Counted from the stretch's first letter, positions 1 to 12,579 are shown. The stretch: DNA of 64,000 nt from Camelus dromedarius (GCF_036321535.1 NC_087436.1:53012001-53076000); one strand, 5' to 3'. The notes: generated by a model from the letters alone, not told the origin. Made by a program: numbers and translations.

Positions 1-339
1 TGTGTGGGCTCAGACTAGGAATTTATCCTCTAGGGGAGTTGATAGGGGCAAGAAATTAACCCAGGTTAAAAAAAAAAAAAAAAAAAAAAAGAGGCAAAAG
101 GTATGGTAATGATCCTAGAAACTGGAAGACGAAAGCCAAGTGGAAGTTTTCTTGTAGAATGAAGCTGAAGATGGAGACTCTGAGTGGTAAAGACCAGAAC
201 GAAGCTGACTGAACGCCGAGCCCCAAGAATGGGGGGGTCTGAGTCTATGTGGGCTCTTTCTATCTTCTGAAAACTCGTATGTTTTGCCACTTTTGCTGCT
301 TTATTCATGCTAGTTTCTCTTTAGGAAATGTCTTCTTCT

Positions 340-638
340 CTACCTTCAACAGACAAAAATCCTGTGGGTTCCAAGGCCATCTTCACCATGTCCAACAACC
401 ATGTCCAACAATCTTCCTCCTTCCTGCCACCTGCTATGTTTTATTAGACACTGCAATGACCCCCAGCCCCACCACCCTGCATTCTAACTCTCCCCACACA
501 TGCATTCTCTGTTCCATGCACTGTAAACTCCCCGAAGGGAGATACTTCCTTTTAGTGTCAGTATCTCCTACACTGCCTTGCATAATGTCATCCTTCAACG
601 GATGGCTCTGTGAATGAATGGAAGGAAGAATGAATGAA
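340..638 (+). mobile_element. L2 LINE 3' end, highly decayed
   Basis: 'ctgtaaactcccc gaaggg...' followed by the terminal tgaatgaatg-type repeats typical of L2. Confidence 0.5.
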
Positions 639-1195
639 ACAAGGTGACCCCACTCAATGTGCAGAACCTGTGTGGACAGATTTCCATATGTAAGGAGAAG
701 GAAGTCACCGTCACCCACAGAGGAACAGAAACACAACAACAGAAGAGGACATTTGCTTGCGTCAGCAGAGATTGAACTGTATACAGTTCCATACTCTTGC
801 CCAACCACAGAGAATCACCTACCATTTTTAGAGTCCAAGGTTACAGAACTGTGCACAGAAGAGGAACAAGCTTTATTGCTCTACTTGGTATCAGCTCTGT
901 AAACAGGTTCCTTTAGAGCTTGGACTTCACTACACTCTTCTTAGCCTATTCAATGGGCCTAGCCCTGGAAAACGGAATCAACACAAAATTCAGTCAAGTT
1001 CTGATTAATTAGAATGCTGATCTGGCTTTGTGTGCCTATGAAAAATGTGAAAGAATAATGTCTTTTAGTTAAAAAAAAAATGTGTTGGTGGTAGTAATCA
1101 CAGAACTTTCTTTTTTGCCCTTTCAGTTCTCACCAGCACTAATAAATAGTGCTGATACAATAAGAAGAGAGACATTTGACAGAAACTAGGAAGTT

Positions 1196-1428
1196 GTGTT
1201 AGTGGATAAGCATGTGGGCTCTGGGACAAAACTCCTGGATTTGAAGGTTTACAGGCATGTGAGCAGGTGATAAAAGCTCTGTTCTTCATTTTTCTCATTT
1301 GTAAATGCAAATGACATTAGTGGTAGTAACTATCTCCCAGTGATGTGTGGATTTAATAAGTTATATAGGCAAAGGGCTTAAAATAGCACCTGGCACATGG
1401 TAAGCATCCAACAATTTCCTATTGCTGT
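1196..1428 (+). mobile_element. MIR SINE
   Basis: core 'tttctcatttgtaaatg' and 3' part 'gcttaaaatagcacctggcacatggtaagc'. Confidence 0.75.
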
Positions 1429-1459
1429 TCTTAGGACGTATGCCTTCTTCCGTCAGGGT

Positions 1460-1660
1460 CAGCTTTGGAGTAACCGCCCAGGCACTCCCAGTGGCACCAC
1501 CAATGCCATCTGTGACCTGACCTGTTCACTTAACTTATTTGAAGTCACTTTCTGCATCTATAAAATGAGTATGATCATACTGTATTGAAGATGTTATCGT
1601 GAAGGCCAAATGGATGTGACTGGCTTAGTGCTGGCACAGAGCAGGGGGTTAGTAAATAAT
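1460..1660 (+). mobile_element. MIR SINE
   Basis: 'tgtgacctg...cacttaac...catctataaaatgag' core and 'gtgctggcacagag' tail. Confidence 0.65.
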
Positions 1661-1868
1661 GACTCTCACAGCAGGAGAGCCGACTGTGGTACAATGAGCA
1701 TGAACTTGGGACCTGGAATCTCTGGGACTCCAGGCAGCCTGATTTCTCTGCTGCTGAGTCTCTTCGGATGTAAAGCGGAAATGCCAATACCCTTTGAAGA
1801 CCAGAGCTAGTGTATGCAAAATGTCTGCCTCTTAATAAGAACTCACTTTGGTTATTATTACCTATTCC

Positions 1869-2182
1869 CTGGGTCAGCAAACCACGTCTTGAGGGTCAGT
1901 TCCTGCCAGGGTGCACGTTTTTGTATGAAATGAGCCAAGAATAATTTTATGTTTTTGAATGGTGGGGAGAAAAAAGGAGAAGAATGTTTTATGACTCATG
2001 AAAATTAAATGAAATTCAAATGTCAGTGTCCTTAAATATGGCACAGTCATTTGTTTTTGTGTTATCTGTGGCTGGCTTTGCATGACAATGGCAGATGTGA
2101 GTAGCTGAAGGAGAAATCACTAAGGCCTGCAAAGCCTAAAATATTTATTACCTGGCTCTTGACAAAAAGAGTTTGCTGATCC
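1869..2182 (+). mobile_element. hAT-Charlie MITE (MER58B-like), right terminus interrupted by L1
   Basis: starts 'gggtcagcaaac', ends 'cctgcaaagcctaaaatattta...gtttgctgatcc' (inverted termini). Confidence 0.75.
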
Positions 2183-3075
2183 GAGAAATGCAAATCAAAA
2201 CTACAGTGAGGTATTACCTCACACCCATTCAGAATGGCCATAATTCAAAAGACCACAAACAGTGAATGATGGAGAGGGTGTGAAGAAAAGAGAACTCTCC
2301 TACACTGTTGGTGGGAATGTAGTTTGGTGCAGTCACTATGGAGAACACTATGGAAGTTCCTTAAAAAACTAAATATAGACTTACCATATGTCTAGCAATC
2401 CCACTCCTGGGCATATATCCAGAGGGAACCTTAATTCAAAAAGATACATGCACCCCAATGTTCATAGCAGCACTATCTACAATAGGCAAGACATGGAAAC
2501 AACCTAAATGTCCATGGACAGATGACTGAATAAAGAAGCTGTGGTATATTTATACAATGGAATACTATTCAGCCTTAAAAAAGAATAAACTAATGCCATT
2601 TGCAGCAACATGGATCAGCCTGGAGAATGTCATTCTAAGTGAAATGAGCCAGAAAGAGAAAGAAAAATACCATATGATGTCACTTATATGTGTAAGCTTA
2701 AAAAAAAAGAAAAAGAAAAAAGACAAAGAAACTTATTTACAAAACAGAAATAGACAGACTTAGAAAATAAATTTATGGTTACCAGAGGGGGAAAGGGGGT
2801 AGGAAGGGGTAAATTGGGAGTTCCAGATTTGCAGATACTAACTACTATATGTAAAATAGATAAACAACAAGCTTATACTGTATAGCACAGGGAACTATAG
2901 CCAATATCTTGTAGCAACTTTTGGTGAAAAAGAATATAAAAACGAATATATGTATGTGCCTATATGACTGAAGCACTGTGCTGTACACCAGAAACTGACA
3001 CAACATTGTAAACTGACTATACTTTAATTAAAAAAAATTTTAAAAGGCAAGAAATAGGACCTAAAGGGGAAAAAT
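2183..3075 (+). mobile_element. 5'-truncated L1 (ORF2 C-terminus plus 3' UTR), cetartiodactyl type
   Basis: peptide MEYYSALKKNKLMPFAATWISLENVILSEMSQKEKEKYHM matches the L1 ORF2 end; A tail near 3029-3037; perfect 17-bp TSD aaagagtttgctgatcc at 2166-2182 and 3076-3092. Confidence 0.97.
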
Positions 3076-4052
3076 AAAGAGTTTGCTGATCCTTGATCTG
3101 GCCTAACCTCTTATATATGAAAGGGCAGAGAAATTAGAGACTTTTTGATTAATTTATTTAAATATCCAGAGCTTAGAATCTACCTTCTTGACTCTGACTG
3201 ACATAGTCAAATACCAAAACTTCCTTATAAAATTTGAGATTTGGGAAAGTATATAAAAAAGGGAATGTTTATTCTATTTCTCACTGAAGGACTATGACTA
3301 GATAACTTGAATATTTAATTTAAAAGTATCCTAAAATATTTTTATTTCACAGTATCCCTTTTTTGTCTGTGGTTACATAGTTTGGACGTAACTCTACATT
3401 CCTCCATTGTCATGCAGGAAACTTTGTTACAATCAAAGAATTGCTGGGATTTTAAATTATTAACTGATTAACAATTCTATCCTAGTTTGTGACTTAGGTG
3501 ACATCTCAGATAATCATTAGTTGTTTCATTTCCCCATCGCTTCATTTCGAAAGCCACAAACAGCTTGACTTCTGTGCCCAGCCTGCCTCCTGCCTCTTAC
3601 CCACCTTCTCCGCAGCCTCTGCCCCGCCCTCCCTACTTGGCCAAACTTTGAGTGAAGCTGAGGGACATTTGCAGATGGTGTTATTTCCCCTTTTGCTTCT
3701 GGATGCCTTAATATATTTAGGATGGAAGAAAGAAATGTTTTTATATTGACACTCTATCAGTGAGACACAGAAATGCATCTGAGTTGCTTGCTTTAGGTTC
3801 TTCAGGAAGAATAGACCCTGTGTCCTGGGCAAGCTGTGTGTGTCCTGGAAAGGCAGGGGCTGGGCTGGCTGTGGTTCAGGGTTTTATTTGCAGAGCTCAC
3901 AGATTCCAGAGCCCAAAGAAAAATAGGGACAAAAGAACAAAGGCATATAGTAGCTCTTTAATCTAACTACCACCTAATCTTTTTATAGCCATCAAAAATA
4001 CAAGCATAAGAATCTACCTGACTACTCAGATAACCTATTAACAATGACTTTA

Positions 4053-4199
4053 GGGAGGAGGGATAAATTAGGAGTTTAGGATTAACATATACACACTACC
4101 ATACATAAAATAGATGAACAAGCGGGGAGGATATAGCTCAGTGATAAAATGTGTGCTTAGCATGCAGCAGGTCCTGGGTTCAATCCCCAGAACCTCCAT

Positions 4200-4252
<53 letters not shown>

Positions 4253-4519
4253 ACAAACAAACCTAATTAACTCCCACTAAAAATATTTTTCAATAAAATA
4301 GATAAATAACAAGGACTTACTGTATAGCACAGGGAAATATATTCAATATCTTATAATAATCTATAATGGGAAATAACTTGAAAAGGAATAGATTTTTATA
4401 TATCTCTCTATATATAGATATATTGATACATATATAACTGAATCACTTTGCTGTACACCTAAAACTAACACAGCATTGTAAGTCAACTATACTTCAATTA
4501 AAAAAAAAAAAGAAAAAAA
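4053..4519 (+). mobile_element. L1 3' UTR fragment split by a SINE
   Basis: 'ggagggataaattaggagttt...ctgtatagcacaggg...ctgtacacctaaaactaacacagcattgta...tatacttcaat' then poly(A). Confidence 0.92.
4122..4293 (+). mobile_element. tRNA-Ala-derived SINE (camelid vic-1-like) with (AAAT)n tail
   Basis: A box 'tagctcagtg', B box 'ggttcaatcc', tail 'acctaatta'; degenerate TSD taaaatagatRaaYaa at 4106-4121 and 4294-4309. Confidence 0.92.
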
Positions 4520-4967
4520 GATTTTAAAATTAAGGCATTAAAACCTACCGCTTTTCATCTATTAACTTTATTAAATCATTTTGTTTTTATGGGAGCATTT
4601 TAAAAACTAAATCAATTAGAAGTTGTGGGGTAGATTATACCTAACTAATAGCTTAAAGGTCCAGAGAAAAAGTTTCATCTTATTCAGAATTCTGCCAGAG
4701 CAACAGGTCATTTTCAAGTTTTCTCAGATATTATGACCTGTAAAAGATATTATCCTGGAGCGACAAGTACTGACTCAAGTCCATTATCAATTCTCAGGAA
4801 TTTTGCAAGCTTGTTGTTAAACCTTTGGCAGTTTGCAACTGCCTGTAGTAGGCGTATTTATACCAGGGAAATAGGCAGACTCTCGAAATCAGGGCCAAAT
4901 CTCATCCAGGTGTTTTATCAGCACACCGTTGAGTATATTCAAACAAACAAACAAAAACATGCTCCTG

Positions 4968-5118
4968 AGGGTTCTTATCCAGCGGATGAAAATGTTCTAA
5001 AATTGATTTATGGCAATGGTTGTACCACTCTTTAAAGTCACTAAAAATTATTAAATTGCACACTGGAAATGAGTGGGCCCTATGATCTGTTAGATACACC
5101 TCAATAAAATTGTTAAAA
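4968..5118 (+). mobile_element. old L1M (L1MB/MC-like) 3' terminus
   Basis: 'gatgaaaatgttctaaaattgat...ggttgtaccactct...aattgcacact...cctcaataaa'. Confidence 0.8.
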
Positions 5119-5240
5119 TGCTCCCAAGCCAACAAACAAAGTGTCAACATATGTGGATGGCTCTAAGAGGCAGGTACACACCCAACAAATGAAAAATAAA
5201 GGCACATTTACTCAGTGCTCTGATGGATGTACATTCTGTG

Positions 5241-5401
5241 CAGTCACTCTCAACCTTGTCTCCCTCTGGAATCACTTGGAGAGTTTAAAAAGAAAACACT
5301 CATCCCCAAGTACTGATGTCATTTGTCTGGTGTGTGGCTTGGGCAGGAATTTTTTCAAACTCCTTGGGTAATTCTAGTGCACAGCCAAGGTTAAGAATTG
5401 C
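5241..5401. mobile_element. MER5-like hAT-Charlie MITE
   Basis: 'ctctcaacctt...gaatcacttggagagttt...ggtaattctagtgcacagccaaggttaagaa'. Confidence 0.7.
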
Positions 5402-6161
5402 AACAGTCGAGCAATTTCCCAAGACAATGTTAGCTTGCCTGTTGTTACAGAAACCGTCCTCAAATATTCAGTACATTTCCAGGCCTTTTGAAATAGAGAA
5501 GTCTGGACAGAAAAGCACCTTTTTGTGGTGTTTCTAGATTGTACTGAATGTCCATCTTTGCGCAGGGTGAGAAGACACAGTTCTGTTTCCTGTGGGTTTT
5601 ACCTGTAGTCGCTTCCTGCTATGGGCACTATGGTGGGAGAAGAGACAGCATTTAGCTCACCTTTGTCGTCTGAGTGAGTGCCACAGGGTCTGGGCTCAAA
5701 GATTGTTGCATGAAAGGACCAGAGCTGAATATTTCCTTTATCTATCTTCTACTTTGGGGCTTCCTAATGATCTTGGGCCAAGAATACAGATAACCAAACA
5801 CGTAAAGAATTATAGTTAAATAACCGAATAAAGCTCCAAGCAAGAGCCCAGGGTCCAGCGTCGGTGCCTGGGCTTCATGACACCCGTTTTGGATGCTCGG
5901 GCCATTTCACCTCAGCTGCTTGGGGATTCAGTCTAGGATAGGGATGTCCTGGAACTCACAAGGGGAGTTTACTTTATTGCAAAGTCTAGCTGTTAGGTCT
6001 GATCCACCTTCTGAAGGTAGAGTTCAGTTCCGAGACCTCAAGTTTAAAATCTGAAGACAGGACTTACTGAAAACTCTTGCGGTAATGCAACCTGACACAG
6101 TCTCTACATTCTTCATGCAGAGAGGTTTCACCCCTGTTTAAGCTTTTCTCTGACGAAGGAC

Positions 6162-6313
6162 GTGGACTTTGGCAGGTTGGAAGCCCGACTCGACTGTGTA
6201 ATGGATGTGTGACCAGAGGCAAGCTATTCAGTCCCCTCTGTGAGTGTTCTCTTCCTTGTAAGACGGAGATGACAGTGGTTTCTCTGTCTTAGGATGCTTG
6301 TGAAGATTAGAGC
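6162..6313 (+). mobile_element. MIR SINE
   Basis: 'tgtgtgacc...ggcaagctatt...cttgtaagacggagatgacag...gtgaagatta'. Confidence 0.6.
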
Positions 6314-7199
6314 TGTTTAGTAGGAGAGCAGGTGCAGGCCTCGCCTCTCTGGAATCACAGGTGTCAAAACCAGCCTCGCTAGGATATTTTTTCAGGGAAA
6401 AGAGCCAGTTTCTCTAGGAAATCTGCTCCTCTCTTGTGTAATACTTGCTTCTTTTATTAAATCTCCTGAATTGCCTCATCGGGTCCCTTCTTAAAGAGAG
6501 GACTACAATGACTCCACCTACTTACACTGTTTGAGGCAGAAAGTTTACCCTCTTCCTGACTTATAGTATTTAGAAGGCTCGAGGTTGCCCTTCTGGACAT
6601 ACATACATACAAGAGCTCACAGATGCGGTGTCAGGAGAAAGAAACACATATGAGATGTTGCCACAGACACTTCCTCATTCTTTATCTTTTGAAAAAGTCC
6701 CTCTCCCCTACAGTTGGGACTCGGCCTTCTGTTCATCTACCCGAATGCAGCACAGTCCTCTTCTGTCAATAACTTAGCGCTCAGAACTCTCCAACAACAC
6801 ATTTATTCATAACCCAGATCAATAACAAGGAGACCCAGCCGCACTCAACACCTGCAGCCCAGTTCTGTCCCTAATCTCAAAGAATGTCCAGCATTTGATT
6901 TTTGTCCCATTTTCTCCACCTACTAGTTTTCACACCTGGAAAGATGATACCTGCTTTCACAGTGGAATTGGCTGCAAACCGACACAGGCGAGGCAAGTGT
7001 AAAGGACGGAAGACTGGGGAGGCAGAGAGACACCGGGTGCAAAAGGTGCTCGTTCATCAGAGTGAGCCTTCAGGTGGGAGAGGGGAGCTAAGATTCCCCA
7101 AGCAGCACGCTGAAAAGGGAAGCTGCCCTCTTACCCCAAGTCCTGGAGAAGCTCAGCTTCTCCATCCGACCTGCTCCACAGATCTGAAGGGTCCTGGGT

Positions 7200-7660
7200 G
7201 CTCATCTTCCCTTCTAGAGATTCTGCTCTGCCCATTCACGCCCCTCACGTCCGCTCGGCCCCTGCCCGGTGCTCTGGGAAAGAGGCAGCGAGAGTCGGGC
7301 TCTGCAGCTCCTCACAATCTCCCCTCCTCAGCGAGAGAGAGAAGCCGGCTAGCCGGGCTGTGAGGTCTCCAACCAGCAAGGAAGTGAAACTTGGTTACTC
7401 CTCCCACTGACACGCACCACCCTGGCCCCGAGGCCCTGGCAGGAGGGTTGTTTCAGTCAGGAAGTATGCAAACCTAGGTCTCTCCCTCTGAGGACACCCA
7501 CACTGGCTCACACAACAGGCAGTTTCTGTCAAAGAGATGACGAAATTGTTCCACCTGGGACTGACTACTAATTCCAGCTCTTCTCATGAGGCCAAACCCT
7601 AGGTCCTCCTCGGTGCTATGAATCTCCATCATTCCCACTTCCTGCTTCACACGCAAGCAG
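7200..7660. promoter_or_regulatory. candidate Ets/IRF enhancer or promoter
   Basis: GC-rich patch retaining CpGs; Ets-IRF composite GGAAGTGAAA at 7380-7389; Ets cores CAGGAAGT 7458-7465 and CACTTCCTG 7636-7644. Confidence 0.35.
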
Positions 7661-8227
7661 AAGGAGCACCGAGGGAGCTTCTGGATGGATCCGAAACGTC
7701 TTTCGAGTGGGTAAAGAAATCAGACTCAAACCACTAGCTTCGAGCCTGAAGTCTGGATTTTAGCACGTTTGCAATATTTCTGCTTCAGTCATCCAGGCTT
7801 TCCAACGTACCCTTGACGTTCAGGCTGAGCGTGATTCAGAGACAGGGATCATTTTCTCGTGGAGGAAGATGGGTGAGAGGAAGGTAGGAAAAGGCACAGG
7901 GGGCCGGCCTGGTGCCCAGCTAACAGGGCAGGGCAGCCCTCCCGGAGTCTCTGAGTTCCACTTCCTTCCCTGGGCTTACTCACAGCAGGTAGTGCTTGTG
8001 TCCAGACTCGTGTACAGAGAATCCGAGCTGCCTAAAAGTCCTACAGGGAAGCCAGCATAACTCTGAATCCTGGGGAATCGGGCAAAGTACCATAATAAAT
8101 GAACAAACAACATAAGTTGCTTCCTGCCTTCTCTCTGTATGTACCTACAGGAGAGAACGTGTTTCTCTCTCTCTCGCCGCCTCTTGTCACACCTGACTCA
8201 CTCAGGGCTCAGCAGCATGCTCTATAA

Positions 8228-8384
8228 CTTGCTCCTCCCGGGGCTGTCTGAGGACCAGCAGCTTCAGCATCACTAGGAGCTCATTATGATGCAGAGTTTC
8301 GGTTCATCCCAGCACTTCCAAACCAGCATCTACATTTGAACAAGATCCCCACATTGACTGCACATGGAAGTTTGAGGAGACTGC
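8228..8384. mobile_element. MER5A-like MITE
   Basis: 'ggaccagcagcttcagcatcactaggagctc...atgcaga...aacaagatcccc...aagtttgagga'. Confidence 0.75.
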
Positions 8385-9168
8385 TTTATAGGACACCAAG
8401 ACAAAAGAGCTGTTCCAGGAGAGGTTGGTCTGCACTTGGCATCATTCTAGCTTTTCTTAAGGTCCTTCCCTATGACCTCTGTTGGTCAGTGATTTGGGAG
8501 ACCCTGGCTTACTCTGATCGCCAGGGAGAAATTCCTGAGTGTCTAGAGACAGCCTGGGAGAGGCTATGATCTGATAACACACAGAGAACTGATTGTACAT
8601 CAATATTTAAAATTCTTTTGGCAACAGTGTGTTCAGAAAGAACACGGTGTCCACTTGCAACAGAGGCCAGCTCTGGCCAGGGAGGTGCTGAATGTGAACA
8701 CGGCAGAGACGGGGGACAGCTGGGCAGATTTCCTGTTCCCTTTCTACAGCTTTTTGTTCAATGTTTTAGTATCTATTCCGTTCCTGTTTTAGCAAATTCT
8801 GGTTTTTATTTTGCTTAACCTTTTTTTCCTTTTCTCCAGGAAAGTAGCAGAATTTATTAAGATGATCCCTCTTCTCTTCCCCTTTTCTATCCTCCTGCCC
8901 CCTCCCCTTCTCATTTTGTTACTCCATCTGTTGCCCTCTCCTGTGATGTCATTCTCTCTTTTTGTCACTTATTCCGTGTTCCCCAAGATGCCTCCCATCC
9001 CTACCGCCCTCCTGCTCAAGTCTATATTCAGCATTATCGTGGTACCAGCTGCTGCAGCATTACTAGATGGTTTCAACAAAATTCTGGACAGTTGTAAAAT
9101 ATTTGGTAATATATTTTATATTAGATTAGTCAGATGCTATTTTTTTAATTAAAGAAACTGCAACTTTT

Positions 9169-9394
9169 TTGAGGAGCAGGGATAAATTAGGAGTTTGGGA
9201 TTAACATATACACACTACTATAGATAAACAACAAAGACCTACTGTACAGCACAGAGAACTATATTCAATATTTTATAATAACCTATCATGGAAGAGAATC
9301 TGAAAAAGAATATAATTGAATCACTTTGCTGTACACCTGAAACTAACAACACTGTAAATCAACTACACTGCAATAAAAATACATTTAAAGAAAG
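9169..9394 (+). mobile_element. short 5'-truncated L1 3' UTR insertion
   Basis: L1 3' UTR motifs; 16-bp TSD agaaactgcaactttt at 9153-9168 and 9395-9410, left copy preceded by a tt/aaag endonuclease-like site. Confidence 0.93.
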
Positions 9395-10113
9395 AGAAAC
9401 TGCAACTTTTACTTTCAAACAGCTTCCAAACAAGTACGAGGTATACATTTTTTTAAAGCACATAGTTCACTTCTTATTTATTTCAATATTCTCTTTTCAG
9501 TGGTGCTGATTCATAAAACTGACTTCTTTCCACACTAGTATTGAACATAGACATGGACACAAACAACCAGACTGTTTTTAACAATTTTAGAACATCTTAT
9601 TCTTTGTTGGAAAAATATTTCTTTCATCAAGAAATGTTAGACCTTCCTCAGAATGACTGTCACACTCAAATCATCAGTCTTCTCAAAAAGATAATTCGGG
9701 GAGAGCTATTTTGTCCAGATTTGAATTTCTTTATTAGAAGAGTAAGTTTCTAATGGTGGGTATTATGCGAAACTTTTCAAAAGAATGACTCCATATAGTT
9801 TAAAACCCTTTTTTAATCTTTTCCTAATTTATTGGTCTCTACAGAAATCTCAAATGTCACATCTGGCTCTAACTCACTAACTTCAAGATGTGAAATTCAT
9901 TCTAACCCCTTTCTCTTCAGAAGGGCAGGAAACTGGAAACAGAAATAAAGGGAATTTTCTCCAAAGGGGAAAGGAATGATATAAACACGCTGAATTTTAT
10001 TTTCTCAATACGTTCCTAGAGAAAACATGGTTTCCTGGGTAATTTAAAATGCTGAAAAAATAAGATCTGTGGACCCATAGTGTGGGCTCGCAGATGTGTG
10101 GGAAATGTATCAC

Positions 10114-10166
10114 AAAGGTTATATGTCATAAAGGTAAACATGTCATAAAGGTTATATGTCATAAAG
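10114..10166. repeat. short tandem repeat, about 16-bp unit x3
   Basis: aaaggttatatgtcat / aaaggtaaacatgtcat / aaaggttatatgtcat / aaag. Confidence 0.85.
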
Positions 10167-10469
10167 TTAGTCATTGAGAAATACAAAATAGCCAAGTGGA
10201 GATGTCAGCTAGGCAGATGGGTACCCGAGTGCTGGTGAGAAGGGAGCTCTGTTCTCCCTCCTTGCGCCCTTCTGGGTCAGGATTGATCACACATAATTCA
10301 GGTCCCTGGGGACCCGGCCACCCCACAGGCTGGTCTTCTCATTATTCCTCTTGGGAGTCCTTCCCCCTGACTTTGGTCAGTTATTCTTCCGCTAACCCAT
10401 GTGGTGTGCTGACCTAACCTTGATCTCTGGCGTGTGTTTTGATTTCTGCTCTCTTCTCTGCTGCTGCAT

Positions 10470-10817
10470 GTGGAACCCTGATGTCATGCTGGGAGAAGCC
10501 CAGGCCACATGGACTGTGTCGTGTGTGTGCTCTGGCTGACAGTCCCAGAGGAACCAGATCGAGCCATCTCAGACCAGGTTCCAGACACATGACTGAAGAA
10601 GCCTCCAGATGACTCCAGCCTCCAGCCTCTTAGGTCACTCCCAGTGGTTTGCGTCTTGCCGACTGAATCCCAGATGCTGAAGAACAGAGGCAAGTCATCC
10701 CCTCAATGTTCTGTTTGAATTTTGGATCTAAGGAATACAGGCACGTTAAACAATGGTTGGTGCTTTATGCTGCAGAGTGTGGGGTGGCTTGTTCCCCAGT
10801 GACAGAGAACTGAAACA
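10470..10817 (+). mobile_element. MaLR solo LTR (MLT1F/G-like)
   Basis: 'gaagcccaggccacatgga...ccagacacatgactgaagaagcctccagatgactccagcc...ggggtggcttgtt...aactgaaaca'. Confidence 0.8.
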
Positions 10818-10899
10818 TTTCTTTATCCTCTGGGTCGCTGTCTAGAATGTGAGCTCCAGGAAGCAGTGACTATCAGTGTCTTATTCCTAGCTATGTACC

Positions 10900-11473
10900 C
10901 GTGATGGTTAATTTTATGTGTCAACTTGACTGGGCCACGAGTTGCTCAGACACTTGGTCATACATTTTTCTGGGTGTTTCTCTGAGGGTGTTTTTAAAAT
11001 GAGATTAACATTTATTTACTTATCTTTCTTATTTATTTAATGGAGTTATTGAGGATTGAGCCCAAGACCTCTTGCATGCTAAGCATGCACTCCACCACAG
11101 AGCTATACCCATCCCCGACCCCCACCCCAAGATTAACATTTAAATTGGTGGATTTTGAGTAAAGCAAATGGCTCTTCATAATTGGGTGGGCCTCACCCAA
11201 TCAGTTGAAGGCATGACAAGAACAGGAAGACCAACCTCCCAGAAGCAAGAGAATTCTCTGGCAGTGCCTTCAGGCTTCATCTGTAATATCGTTCTTCCTG
11301 ATTCTGCACAGACAGCCTTCAGACTCAAAATGGAACATGGGCTTTCCGGGGTCTCTAGCCTGCTGGCCCACCTGCAGGTTTCATCCTTGCCAGCCTCCGA
11401 AATCAATTCCTTATAATAAATCTCTATATGTACACACCCTATGGGTCCTGTTTCTCTGAAAAATCCTATAACA
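10900..11473 (+). mobile_element. ERVL solo LTR (MLT2-like) interrupted by a SINE
   Basis: start 'gtgatggttaattttatgtgtcaacttgactgggcc', 'gggtgggcctcacccaatcagttgaaggc', end 'ctgtttctctgaaaaatcctataaca'. Confidence 0.9.
11015..11129 (-). mobile_element. vic-1-like tRNA-Ala SINE
   Basis: reverse-complement tRNA-Ala head 'gcatgctaagcatgcactccaccacagagctataccc'; 13-bp TSD agattaacattta at 11002-11014 and 11130-11142. Confidence 0.9.
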
Positions 11474-11491
11474 GTGTCCATAGTCCATAAA

Positions 11492-11685
11492 ACAGTGGTT
11501 CTCCACCGGGAGCAGTTTGGCCCCCCAGGAGCATTTGGCAGTGTCTGGAGACATTTTTGGCTTCACAGCTTTGGGCGCCTACTGGCATCTAATGCGCTGT
11601 GCTGCTGAACATCCTACAGTGCACAGGACACCCCTCGACACACACACACACACACACACAACAAAGTACTGTCTCACCCAACACA
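11492..11685 (+). mobile_element. MER20 hAT MITE with internal (CA)n
   Basis: 'cagtggttctc...catttggcagtgtctggagacattttt...tactggcatcta...aacatcctacagtgcacaggaca'. Confidence 0.85.
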
Positions 11686-12579
11686 CCAAAAGAGTCAGTC
11701 TGGTTTACCTCAGGCACATTTTTTTTCTCACTCCAAGAGCATCCTAAAAATGATACCATAAATCCACTAAGGGCAGGGATGCAAAGTCATCTCCCTAGAG
11801 GGAGAGCTGAAGTGGAACCAAAGCCAGCCCTCCACATGTGCTTCTGTCCATTTTACTAAATTGCCCCGAAAGAGGGAGTGTAGCTCAGGGAACAGGGCGG
11901 GTGGAGTCCTGCACTGTGAGAGTGCCCTCCCGGAGCACGTAGCTCCATCGCCTTGGCAGGACCCTTGGCACAGGGGGTAGAACAGGAGAACAGCAGGAGA
12001 CTTGGTTCTCAGCACACATGAGGCAATGCTTCTTGAAAGTCCGAGAAATAACTGTGGAGGATGCGAGGGATAAAGGCTGAGGGCCTGCCTCTTCCAAGAG
12101 GGGCCTGAATGAGTGAGTAGAAGTGAGTAGAAGTCATGAACATTAACCTGGGAGGTGGCGATCAATCTTCCTTCATGTCCACCATGCGTTCTGCGCCCAA
12201 GCCCCCCACCGGCATTCAGTCAGTTCTGCATGGTTACAGGAAGCTGGGCTGGTTGGTTCATTGGTGACATTTGTCAATAGACAGTGTTGCAACAACTGAA
12301 GCCTTGCCCCTTAGATAAGAAACACAGTCACCCTTGGGTCGTAAAGGAGCAGGTCTCCCTGTTGGCAGCAGGCTATATTGGTCTTTCTCAGAGGAAGAAA
12401 TAACTTAAATATTTAACTGGATCAAGATTTTGAAGTATTCAAGGGGCTCCTGAAATTCTAGAAAGATTAAGATGTGAGCAGAACAAGGAAACTTAACCAG
12501 GATCCATAAAAAAAAATTAATGTATCTACATATATGGCGAGTGTCCATAATCACGTTCATTTGGATCATGAATGTTATG

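Noticed and set aside
9632..9747. Open-frame segment ending at gtaagt, as a coding exon
   Set aside because: Weak acceptor, unrecognised peptide, and resemblance to decayed CR1/L3 sequence
10114..10166. CRISPR-like array
   Set aside because: Contiguous 16-17-bp tandem units with no spacers, in mammalian DNA
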